From NCBI GenBank assembly GCA_947476745.1, contig CANJRG010000010.1:78247-142246 (forward strand): a stretch of DNA of 64,000 nt. The letters run 5' to 3'. This document shows, in pieces, positions 52,459-63,332 of this stretch; within the stretch, counting starts at the first letter, position 1; each line of letters begins with the position of its first letter. The notes beneath the pieces were generated by a model. The model had not been told where the DNA came from. It searched no databases and saw only the letters and a program-made list of their open reading frames with translations. Origin of the DNA: Acidimicrobiia bacterium (GTDB taxonomy: Bacteria > Actinomycetota > Acidimicrobiia > Acidimicrobiales > CAIXPF01). The translations under genes were made by a program, and so were the position numbers.

Positions 52459-52852
52459 GAACTCCCTGTGAGGTTGCGAGGTAGCTGTCGTGTCAGGGCC
52501 CCGGACCACGGGTGGGCCGCACGCACGGCATTGTGGCCTGCGGCGCCTCCGGCACGATCGCCGGGACCATCGAGTCGTACGTTCCTGGCGGGGCGGTGGC
52601 GCATCGACTCCTCGAGCGCCTGCGGAGTATCGCTTTCCCACGCAAGCGTCGGCATGAGCCGTGCCTTTCCCAACCAGCACCTGACCCACCCCGGAAGCCG
52701 TATCCGAGGCCGCCGCCGGCTCCGCTGAAAGGGCCGGCGACCGTGGGACGACGCCGCGATCCTAGTGCCGGGGGGCGGCCCCGAACCGAATCTGATCACA
52801 CGTAGAAACGAGGCCCGGACCGGCCACCGGACGCCGCCGGGACGGCACCCCA

Positions 52853-52898
52853 CCGCAACGGCGACCGGGCCCCGCAACGGCGACCGGGCCCCGCAACG
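52853..52898. repeat. 19-bp tandem repeat CCGCAACGGCGACCGGGCC (2 perfect copies plus an 8-nt partial) next to the groEL terminator
   Basis: The copies are at 52853-52871 and 52872-52890, with a partial CCGCAACG at 52891-52898. Confidence 0.9.
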
Positions 52899-52900
52899 CG

Positions 52901-52930
52901 GATCAGCCGACCCCGAAGGGTCGGCTGATC
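52901..52930 (-). terminator. 12-bp perfect hairpin downstream of groEL
   Basis: GATCAGCCGACC / GGTCGGCTGATC with loop CCGAAG, 88 nt after the groEL stop. There is no U-tract. Confidence 0.6.
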
Positions 52931-53017
52931 GGGGTAACGCCGGTTTGGTTCCGGGGGGATGCAAGCAACCCGCCGGTCGAGGTGGTCGGCCCCGCTGAAC
53001 GGGACCGACCGACGACA

Positions 53018-54965
<1,948 letters not shown>

Positions 54966-54998
54966 GGATCGAGCCTCCAGATTGGATGGCGGTGCTGG

Positions 54999-55025
54999 TT
55001 AGCACTCGCGTGTGGCGAGTGCTAA
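54999..55025 (-). promoter_or_regulatory. CIRCE operator (HrcA binding site) upstream of groES
   Basis: TTAGCACTC-N9-GAGTGCTAA matches the consensus inverted repeat perfectly. It lies 34 nt upstream of the groES ATG. Confidence 0.9.
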
Positions 55026-55054
55026 CGATAGGCGTGCACCGGGTGCGCGGGCAA
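55025..55054 (-). promoter_or_regulatory. candidate housekeeping-sigma promoter of groES-groEL
   Basis: On the minus strand, TTGCCC (55054..55049), an 18-nt spacer, then TATCGT (55030..55025). The -10 abuts the CIRCE left arm. Confidence 0.4.
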
Positions 55055-55081
55055 ACCGTGGCTCTGGGGAGATCGCCCGGC

Positions 55082-56112
<1,031 letters not shown>

Positions 56113-56116
<4 letters not shown>

Positions 56117-56670
56117 GTCCCCTCGATGATGGTCCGGTCGGGCAGCGCGGCCTCAAGCTCGGCGAGCCGCCGCCCGTACCCGGGCTTGTCGATGTCGTGG
56201 GCCCACATCACCAGTGCGTCCTCGTTCACCTCGGCGTAATAGCCCTTGCGCACCCCGGCCGGGGCGAACCCGAACTTGCGGTACAGCTCCTGGGCCGCGG
56301 TATTGCTCATACGGACCTCGAGGGTGAGGCTGGTCGCCCCCCTGGCCACGGCCCGGGAGGCCAGCTCCAGCATGAGGCGGGTGCCGAAGCGATTCCCCTG
56401 GCGCACCGGATCGACCGCGACGGTGGTGATGTGGCACTCGTCGAGGCTCAGCATGAACCCCGCATAGCCCACCAGGCGGTTGTCCTGCCGCGCGACCAGA
56501 TAGCAGCGGGTGGTGGGCAGGGCCAGCTCCCCCAGGTACAGGCTCATCGTCCACGGCCGCGGGTAGACCTGCTTCTCGATGCGCAACACCGACGGCAGAT
56601 GGCGCCGGCGCATGGCCTGCACCACCACCGGCGAACAGGAATGCGCCCCGTCGTACCCGCTGCCACTCAT
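56113..56670 (-). CDS. rimI: ribosomal-protein-alanine N-acetyltransferase RimI (GNAT)
   Basis: It has the GNAT core ITTVAVDPVRQGNRFGTRLMLEL and ELYRKFGF. Its position between tsaB and tsaD matches other Actinomycetota. Confidence 0.85.
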
Positions 56671-57386
56671 GACGCCGGCCCGCCGCTGCCGGGCCGCTGT
56701 ACCCAGTTGGCCTCGGCATCGGGCTTGCGCAGGTACAGCGGGTGCACGTCGTCGGGGGCGACCAGGCCACCGGCCGAGGCCCGCGATCGGGCCACCTGCA
56801 CCAGAGACCAGGCCGACGGCTGGGCGAGCGCGCCATCGACGAACTCGACACCGGCTGACCCGGCAGCGGCGATGAGGTCGCGATAGCGCAGCGCGCCGTC
56901 ACCCACCAGCAGCCGGCGGCCGGAACCGGCCTCGAGCTCGGCGCGCAGCTCGGTCGGCGGACCGACACGGGGGGCGCCCACGACCTCCACGCCGTCACGG
57001 CTACCGCGGTAGGTGGCCCAGAACACCTCGCTGCGCCGGGCATCGCTCACCGCCACGATCCGGCACTCGGCGAAACGGACCGGAAAGGCCACCAGATCGA
57101 GCGAGCCCACCCCGATGGCGGGCACCCCCAGGCCGAACGCGATGGCCTTGGCCGTGGCCAGGCCCACCCGCAACCCGGTGAACAACCCCGGCCCAACCCC
57201 GACCGCCACCGCTTCGACCGAGGCCAACGACACCCCGGCCGCATCGCACAGCTGACCGATCATGGGGCTGAGCAGCTCCGCATGACGCTGGCCACGATTG
57301 ACCTGGGCGGCCGCCAACACGCCGTCGGAGCCACCGAGGGCACAACTCACCTGGGTCGACGAGGTCTCGATGCCGAGGATCAGCAC
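56667..57386 (-). CDS. tsaB: tRNA t6A biosynthesis protein TsaB
   Basis: The N-terminus is (V)LILGIETSSTQVSCAL. The GTG at 57386 overlaps the tsaE end by 7 nt. ATG 57443 is an alternative start. Confidence 0.8.
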   Translation of the reverse strand: MLILGIETSSTQVSCALGGSDGVLAAAQVNRGQRHAELLSPMIGQLCDAAGVSLASVEAVAVGVGPGLFTGLRVGLATAKAIAFGLGVPAIGVGSLDLVAFPVRFAECRIVAVSDARRSEVFWATYRGSRDGVEVVGAPRVGPPTELRAELEAGSGRRLLVGDGALRYRDLIAAAGSAGVEFVDGALAQPSAWSLVQVARSRASAGGLVAPDDVHPLYLRKPDAEANWVQRPGSGGPAS

Positions 57387-57877
57387 GTCGCCACCCCACG
57401 CCGGGCCAGCTCTTCGACCAACGCAGCCATCCGGTCGCCCCATCCGTCGCCCAGGTCGCCGATGCGGATACAGCGGTCGTCGTCACCCTCCCCCAGCTCC
57501 AGCGACACCTCGAGGTACTGCGCCGGCAGGGCCGGCCGGATGGTGTCGCCCCACTCGATCAGGGTGACGCCGCCCGAGTCGAACAGCTCCTCGAGGCCCA
57601 GCTCGACGGTCTCGTCGAGCTGCTCGATGCGGTACACGTCGAGATGGTGCATCACCAGGCGGCCCTCGTAACGGTGGTGGAGCGTGAACGTCGGGCTGGT
57701 GATCGGCCCCCGAACCCCCAGCGCCGCCCCGAACCCCTGGCAGAAGGCGGTCTTGCCGGCACCGAGATCACCGGTGAGCACCAGCAGGTCCCCGGCCCGG
57801 CACAGCTCGGCGAGCGCGGCAGCGACCGCCCTGGTCTGATCCGGTGAGTTGCTGACGACGAGGAGTTCCGGCGGCAT
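57380..57877 (-). CDS. tsaE: tRNA t6A biosynthesis ATPase TsaE
   Basis: It has P-loop LTGDLGAGKTAFCQG and HLDVYRI. The start is at MPPELLVV (57877). Confidence 0.85.
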   Translation of the reverse strand: MPPELLVVSNSPDQTRAVAAALAELCRAGDLLVLTGDLGAGKTAFCQGFGAALGVRGPITSPTFTLHHRYEGRLVMHHLDVYRIEQLDETVELGLEELFDSGGVTLIEWGDTIRPALPAQYLEVSLELGEGDDDRCIRIGDLGDGWGDRMAALVEELARRGVATC

Positions 57878-58204
57878 CGGTTGACCCGACGTTACCCCGC
57901 TGTCGGGAACGGCCCCTACTGCGTATTGGGGGACCACACGGCCCGGCACCGCCCGGCACGGCGGTCCTGCTCAAGGACCGCGGTGCTATTGCCGTTGGGT
58001 TTCCACCACTACCCCGAACCGGCCTGCCGTCACGGACTCGACGACAGCGGACTCGACCATCCCCGTGCATGGGGAACATCCGGCCACGGAGGGCCGACGC
58101 CATGCCGAACCATCGTTGTCGTTGGTCCCCACCCGCGTCGCGAGCCCACAGCGGCCCCGCGACCGCGTGCCGGCGCCCGTCCCGTTGCGGCCGGGGTCGC
58201 TGAG

Positions 58205-58807
58205 ATGGCCACGTACCCCCTTCCCGGGCGGAGGCTGAACCGCTCCGCCGCCACCCCGACCGCCGGCGCCGTGGCCGCCGATGCCCTGCGGCTGATCCGC
58301 TACCCGTGGCAGGGGCAGCTGCCCGGATGGTCGCTGCGCTTCGATGGCCAACAACCGGGGTTCCTGGGTCGCACCATCTGGCCCGATCGCGTCATCGAGA
58401 TCTACGTGCGCCCCGGCCAGGCGGTGCGCGACGTCGCCTTCGCCGTGGCCCACGAATTGGGCCACGCCGTCGACCTCGAACACCTCGACCCATCCTCACG
58501 TGCCCGGTGGCGGGCCGGCCGGATGCTGCCGAACCATCTGGAATGGTTCGGCGCCTCCGATGCCGACGACTTCGCCACCCCGGCCGGCGACTGGGCGGAA
58601 TGCTTCGCCGCATGGCAGCTCGGCCCGGCCGGATTCCAGTCGCAGCTCGGCGGCGCCCCCGATGCCGGCCACTGCGTGCTGCTGGCCGAACTGTCGCTGC
58701 TCGAAGACGCCGGTAACACGGATCGCGCCCCGGGACAAGGGGGACGATTTCCCCATTTCGTGCCTCAGGCCGGTGTGCTTAGGGCTCGATACATCAACCA
58801 GCGCTGA
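58205..58807 (+). CDS. hypothetical HEXXH zinc-metallopeptidase-like protein
   Basis: It has AFAVAHELGHAVDLEH. I see no signal peptide and recognise no family. The frame is open upstream to 57881, so the start (ATG 58205) is uncertain. Confidence 0.45.
   Translation: MATYPLPGRRLNRSAATPTAGAVAADALRLIRYPWQGQLPGWSLRFDGQQPGFLGRTIWPDRVIEIYVRPGQAVRDVAFAVAHELGHAVDLEHLDPSSRARWRAGRMLPNHLEWFGASDADDFATPAGDWAECFAAWQLGPAGFQSQLGGAPDAGHCVLLAELSLLEDAGNTDRAPGQGGRFPHFVPQAGVLRARYINQR
58764..58792 (+). promoter_or_regulatory. weak sigma-28-like promoter candidate for fliC
   Basis: CTCA-N18-TCGATAC. The -10 (CTCGATAC) matches GCCGATAA at 5 of 8 positions. It is 67 nt upstream of the fliC ATG and inside the 3' end of the HEXXH gene. 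Confidence 0.2.
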
Positions 58808-58858
58808 CACGGAGGTTGGCGTCATTCAGGGAAATGCTTTCTTCAGGGAGGAAGTACA

Positions 58859-59686
58859 ATGGGAATCCGAATCAACCAGAACACGATGGCGGCTACCGCT
58901 CACCGGAACCTGTCCATCAGTGATGGCATGTTGAACCGGTCGATGGAGCGGCTCTCGAGCGGCTTCCGGATCAACCGGGCGTCCGATGACGCGGCCGGCT
59001 TGGCCAAGAGCGAACGGCTCCGCGCCGACATCCGCGGCCTCAACCAGGCCGTGCGCAACGCTCAGGACGGGGTCAGCTTCGTGCAGACCGCCGAGGGTGC
59101 GCTCGACGAGGTCACCAGCATCCTGCAGAGGATCAACGAGCTCGCCGTGTCCGCCGCCAACACCGCTACCGGGGACGGCGCCGCCGAACAGGCCGAGGTC
59201 ACCCAGCTGCTGGCCCAGATCGACAACATCGGTTCGGCCACCTCCTTCGCCGGCAACCCCGTCTTCGGGGTCAACAGCGTGAGCTTCCAGATCGGCGCGA
59301 CCAGCACCGACTTGATCAGCATCACGACCTCTGCGCTGTCGTCGGCCTCGCTGAGCGACGGCGTGGGCAGTGCCGTCGACCTCAGCACCATCGACCTCGC
59401 CAACGCGGCGTCGGCGGCGATCGACACGGTCCGCTCGGCCATCGACGAGATCAACTCGTACCGCGCCGACCTCGGTGCGACCCAGAACCGCCTCGAGCAC
59501 ACCATCGCCAATCTCAACGTCACCACCGAGAACCTGCAGTCCTCGGAATCACGCATCCGCGACCTCGACATCGCAGCGGAAATGGTGCAGTTCACCAGGC
59601 ACCAGATCATGGTGCAGGCCGGCACGGCAATGCTGGCGCAGGCCAACCTGGTTCCCCAGACCGTTCTGCAGCTGCTGCGGTCCTGA
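58859..59686 (+). CDS. fliC: flagellin (short, D0/D1-only type)
   Basis: MGIRINQNTMAATAHRNLSISDGMLNRSMERLSSGFRINRASDDAAGLA... and the C-terminal ...MLAQANLVPQTVLQLLRS. It is 275 aa. The ATG follows AGGGAGGAAG. Confidence 0.93.
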   Translation: MGIRINQNTMAATAHRNLSISDGMLNRSMERLSSGFRINRASDDAAGLAKSERLRADIRGLNQAVRNAQDGVSFVQTAEGALDEVTSILQRINELAVSAANTATGDGAAEQAEVTQLLAQIDNIGSATSFAGNPVFGVNSVSFQIGATSTDLISITTSALSSASLSDGVGSAVDLSTIDLANAASAAIDTVRSAIDEINSYRADLGATQNRLEHTIANLNVTTENLQSSESRIRDLDIAAEMVQFTRHQIMVQAGTAMLAQANLVPQTVLQLLRS

Positions 59687-59734
59687 TCCCCGCCGGCTCC
59701 TGTCGGGCCCGTCCCCTAGGAGCCAGCCCCACCT

Positions 59735-59774
59735 GGAGGCCGACCGGTTCGCCGGTCGGCCTCCGCCGTTTTCG
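59735..59774 (+). terminator. intrinsic terminator of fliC
   Basis: A 13-bp perfect stem GGAGGCCGACCGG / CCGGTCGGCCTCC with loop TTCG is followed by GCCGTTTTCG. It lies 49 nt after the fliC stop. Confidence 0.8.
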
Positions 59775-59946
59775 TCGCCGTCCACCGCAGGCACCGGACG
59801 GTCACCCTCCCCCACCGACGCCACTGCTTAGGCGTCAGAACCGCCCGCCGAACGCCGATCGGTCCGGTCCGCACCACTCGGCGCCGGCATATCCATGCTG
59901 GTGAGAGCACTGTTCGGACGGTGCGAAGGAATCCGCCACCTTTTTC

Positions 59947-59976
59947 CTCAAGGCAGGGGACTCGCCGTGTCGATAA
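59947..59976 (+). promoter_or_regulatory. sigma-28 (FliA/SigD)-like promoter candidate for fliM-fliR
   Basis: The -10 GTCGATAA (59969-59976) matches GCCGATAA at 7 of 8 positions. The upstream TCAA (59948-59951) lies 17 nt away rather than the canonical 15. The site is 146 nt upstream of the fliM ATG. Confidence 0.3.
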
Positions 59977-60122
59977 CCAGGGAGATGTTGCCGGTCACTG
60001 GAGCACGAATCGATACCCCGCCCGCAAGGCGCCGCACCCCGTCACCCACCGGTGCCGGTCCGGCCGCTGCGCACGCGGGCCGAGGCGCTGCAGGGACCGT
60101 GTCCCGAAGAGATTGGGCGTAG

Positions 60123-61043
60123 ATGTCCGGCGTAGAGCTGTTCGACTTCCGCGACCTGTCGGAGTTGTCCCACGATGCGGAGCTACGGGCCAGTGAGGCC
60201 CTCCGGCTCGGCGTGCCCCGCGTGGCACTGGTGCTGTCCGCGATCACCCGCCGCAACGTCCAGGGCACCCTGGTGCGCTTCGAGCTGGTGGACCCCCAGG
60301 ACGTCGCCACCGATGGTTGCGACCTGTACGACATCACCGTGCCGGTCCCCGCCCCGCCCGGTGCCGCCGTCACCCGGCAGCCGCTCGGCGTGGCCGTGAT
60401 CCCCCGCCAGGTCGTCACCGGCATGGCCGAACTGCTGATGGGTGGCCCCGGCGAGGGCGAACAACGGGTCCCCAGCCGCTTCGAGCGATCGCTGCTCGCC
60501 CGCCGGCTCACCGAGGCGCTCAACCCCTTGTGGGAGGCCCTGGCCCTCGAGACGGTCGAGCCCCCCGGGCTGACCTACGTCGGCTCGCCGCTCGCCCAGC
60601 TCCCCGTGGCGACCGTGGCGATCGGCGTGAGTTTCTCCGCCGGCGCACAGAGCTGGGAGTTCACGCTGGCCTTGGCCTCTGCGGTCATCGACGCCGGGCT
60701 CAACATGCAACCGGCCGCCGATGGCGTCGCCATGGCGCTCGCCGTCAAGGACATCCCGATCGAGCTGACGGTCGCTTTCAACCCGATCAAGCTCCAAGCC
60801 ACCGACATCGAGCGCCTTGCGGTCGGTGACGTCATCCGCCTCGACCATCCCCTGGCCGTCCCCTTGGTGGTCGAGACCCAGGGCCGGCCGCTGCTGCTGG
60901 TCAGCCACGGCACCACCGGCCGCCGGATCGCCGTCGAGGTCATCGACGTGCTCGACGTGGCCGAGCTGGCCGCGATCGCTGCGACGGAAACGTCGTCGCC
61001 GAGCCCCAACCGACGGTCGACCAGCACCGTCGAAGACATCTGA
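60123..61043 (+). CDS. fliM: flagellar motor switch protein FliM (lacking the N-terminal CheY-binding peptide)
   Basis: The middle domain carries a GGxG motif (LLMGGPGEG), and the C-terminal SpoA-like segment reads LAVGDVIRLDHPLAVPLVV. The N-terminus starts at the FDFRDLS...ELR region. An in-frame TAG (60120-60122) immediately precedes the ATG. Confidence 0.8.
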   Translation: MSGVELFDFRDLSELSHDAELRASEALRLGVPRVALVLSAITRRNVQGTLVRFELVDPQDVATDGCDLYDITVPVPAPPGAAVTRQPLGVAVIPRQVVTGMAELLMGGPGEGEQRVPSRFERSLLARRLTEALNPLWEALALETVEPPGLTYVGSPLAQLPVATVAIGVSFSAGAQSWEFTLALASAVIDAGLNMQPAADGVAMALAVKDIPIELTVAFNPIKLQATDIERLAVGDVIRLDHPLAVPLVVETQGRPLLLVSHGTTGRRIAVEVIDVLDVAELAAIAATETSSPSPNRRSTSTVEDI

Positions 61044-61092
61044 TCGAACCGTGGACCGCACGATCGACACCTTCGAGAAGGAGGACTCCGTC

Positions 61093-61503
61093 ATGGAGAA
61101 CACACAGCACGCCGGCGGGTCGAGCGACCTGCGCGGCGGCGAGGCCTTCGGCTTCGGTAACGACGAGGGATCGCTGCCCGTCGACCCGGCGCCCTACCCC
61201 GATCTGAGCCATTCGACCCCCCAGGCCGGCGAGCCTCGGGACCTGCGCCTGCTGTCGGACATCGAGCTCGAGCTCTGCGTCGAGATCGGCCGGGCCCGGC
61301 TGCCGTTGCGGCAGCTGCTGGCTCTGACCCCCGGCTCGGTCATCGAGCTCGACCGGGCCCTCGGCGAACCCGTCAACGTCCTGGTCAACGGCAAGTTGGT
61401 GGCCCGCGGCCAGATCGTCACCATCGCCGAGGAGTTCGGGGTGCGCATCTCCGAGATCATCGATCCATCAGTCGAACCTCCGCCGTCGAAACGGCGCGGG
61501 TGA
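61093..61503 (+). CDS. fliN: flagellar motor switch protein FliN
   Basis: It has the SpoA domain DIELELCVEIGRARLPLRQLLALTPGSVIELDRALGEPVNVLVNGKLVARGQIV. The ATG is 8 nt after AAGGAGG. Confidence 0.85.
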   Translation: MENTQHAGGSSDLRGGEAFGFGNDEGSLPVDPAPYPDLSHSTPQAGEPRDLRLLSDIELELCVEIGRARLPLRQLLALTPGSVIELDRALGEPVNVLVNGKLVARGQIVTIAEEFGVRISEIIDPSVEPPPSKRRG

Positions 61504-61521
61504 CGCGGGACAGACACGAGC

Positions 61522-62079
61522 ATGACCATGGTGGGCTTCCTGGTAACGCTGGTGAAAGCAGGGATGGTGTTCGCCCTGCTGGCGCTGACCGTCAAGATGT
61601 TGCGGCGCTACGACAGCCGCCGCTTCGGGACCACGTCCCGGAAACGAGCGGGGACGACCGCCCGGCCGCGCGCCGGTAGCGGCGCTCGCGACCCCTGGGG
61701 GCGCGGCGGGCGCGCCCGCACCGCGCGCTGGTCCCGGACCAGCCGTCCCGAACCGATCCTCGACGTCGTGGAACGGGCCCCGCTGGGCCGCAGCTCCTCG
61801 GTGATCCTGGTCCGGGTACAAGACCAGCACTTCCTCTTCGGCGTCACCGACGCACAGATCTCGATGCTGCTCGAGGTGGACGTGCCGGCCGAGGCCGATG
61901 CGGAGGCCGCCATCGACCTGCGTCCCGAAGCCGATCAGGACGACGCCACCGACGGCCTCGCCCCGACGACGCCGTCCTTCGGTGCCGAGCTGCTGCGCCA
62001 GGCCCGTCAGTACCTGCCCGGCGCCTCCCGGGTGGAGATCATCGACACCCCGCAGCTGACGGACGAGGTGGCCCGATGA
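61522..62079 (+). CDS. fliO: flagellar biosynthesis protein FliO
   Basis: It has an N-terminal TM helix, and the conserved core reads LDVVERAPLGRSSSVILVRVQDQHFLFGVTDAQISMLLEV. The position between fliN and fliP fits, and the stop overlaps the fliP ATG. An unusually basic linker is present. Confidence 0.6.
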   Translation: MTMVGFLVTLVKAGMVFALLALTVKMLRRYDSRRFGTTSRKRAGTTARPRAGSGARDPWGRGGRARTARWSRTSRPEPILDVVERAPLGRSSSVILVRVQDQHFLFGVTDAQISMLLEVDVPAEADAEAAIDLRPEADQDDATDGLAPTTPSFGAELLRQARQYLPGASRVEIIDTPQLTDEVAR

Positions 62080-62999
62080 ACGGATCGACCATGTCCCTGC
62101 GCCGTCTGGCTGCGACCGTCACGGTCCTGCTGACGGTGCTGTTCGCCGCAGTGCTGCTCGACGCCGCACCGGCAAGCGCCCAGCAGGTTCCGACGGCCAC
62201 CTCGGTGGTCTCCGTCGACCCCACGGCCTCGGTGGGTGCCACCGCCGCCACGCCCGGCGCTGCCGTTGGCGGGGTCGCCGCCCCGGCTGCTCCGACCCCG
62301 CCGACGGGAACCGGCCCTGCCCCCGGAACCCCCGCGCTCACCCTGCAGCTGCCGACGGAGACCGGTGGCGTCACCAGCCAGCCACTCACCATCGTCCTGC
62401 TGCTGACGCTGATCGCGCTGGCACCGTCGATGCTGCTGCTGATGACGTCGTTCACCCGCATCGCCATCGTGCTGACCCTGACCCGCAACGCGCTCAGCCT
62501 CCCGTCGACCCCGCCGAACGCCGTACTGGTCGGTCTGTCGCTGTTCCTGACCCTGTTCATCATGGGTCCGGTGCTCAAACAGGCCAACCAGCAGGCGCTG
62601 CAGCCCTACCTCAAGGGCGAAATCACCCAGGAGCAGGCCTTCCAGGAAGGCATCGAACCGTTCCGCGAGTTCATGCTGTCCCAGGTACGGGAGAGCGACC
62701 TCGAGCTGTTCATGTCGCTGTCGAGCGACCAGCGGCCGGCCAACGCCTCCGAGGTCCCCACCACGGTGCTGGTACCCGCCTACGTCATCAGCGAGCTGCG
62801 GGCCGCCTTCCTGCTCGGGTTCGTGATCTTCATCCCGTTCCTCGTCATCGACATAGTGGTCTCCTCGACCTTGATGTCGATGGGCATGGTGATGCTGCCG
62901 CCGGTGGCCATCTCGCTGCCGTTCAAGCTGTTGCTGTTCGTCGTCGTGGACGGCTGGCAGCTGACCGTCGGCACCCTCGTCGCCTCGTTCCGAACGTAG
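62076..62999 (+). CDS. fliP: flagellar type III export gate protein FliP
   Basis: It has LTLIALAPSMLLLMTSFTRIAIVLTLTRNALSLPSTPPNAVLVGLSLFLTLFIM and the C-terminal PFKLLLFVVVDGW. Confidence 0.92.
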   Translation: MNGSTMSLRRLAATVTVLLTVLFAAVLLDAAPASAQQVPTATSVVSVDPTASVGATAATPGAAVGGVAAPAAPTPPTGTGPAPGTPALTLQLPTETGGVTSQPLTIVLLLTLIALAPSMLLLMTSFTRIAIVLTLTRNALSLPSTPPNAVLVGLSLFLTLFIMGPVLKQANQQALQPYLKGEITQEQAFQEGIEPFREFMLSQVRESDLELFMSLSSDQRPANASEVPTTVLVPAYVISELRAAFLLGFVIFIPFLVIDIVVSSTLMSMGMVMLPPVAISLPFKLLLFVVVDGWQLTVGTLVASFRT

Positions 63000-63060
63000 C
63001 GGCGCCCGCCGCGGCGCCCCACCCAAACGAAACCTCCCGCCTGCCAACCCTGGAGCAACG

Positions 63061-63330
63061 ATGACCGATACCGCAGTGCTCGACCTCGGCCGCCAGGCCC
63101 TCCTGATCTCCGCCAAACTGGCACTGCCGATCCTCGCCGTGGCGCTGGTGATCGGCACGATCATCTCGCTGCTGCAAGCGGTGACGCAGGTACAGGAAAT
63201 GACCCTGACCTTCGTACCCAAGGTGCTCGCCATCGCCACCGTGCTGATGCTGAGCGGCGGTTGGATGCTCAACCAGCTCGTCGAGTTCACCCGCCGTCTC
63301 TACGAGACCGCACCGAGCCTGTTGCGCTGA
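63061..63330 (+). CDS. fliQ: flagellar type III export gate protein FliQ
   Basis: It is 89 aa and reads LALPILAVALVIGTIISLLQAVTQVQEMTLTFVPKVLA. Confidence 0.9.
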   Translation: MTDTAVLDLGRQALLISAKLALPILAVALVIGTIISLLQAVTQVQEMTLTFVPKVLAIATVLMLSGGWMLNQLVEFTRRLYETAPSLLR

Positions 63331-63332
63331 CC

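Noticed and set aside
52512-52998. ORFs 52512..52805(+), 52765..52998(+) and 52455..53021(-) in the groEL-guaB3 spacer.
   Set aside because: They have Pro/Arg/Gly-rich composition, no ribosome-binding context and no family resemblance. They also overlap the repeats and terminator hairpins.
59895-60122. ORF 59895..60122(+), which ends with the TAG directly before the fliM ATG and is in the same frame. I considered it as a missing FliM N-terminus, or as FliL or an adaptor.
   Set aside because: The sequence is Arg/Pro/Gly-rich with no LSQxEIDxLL-type motif, no TM helix and no SD. The candidate promoter lies inside it.
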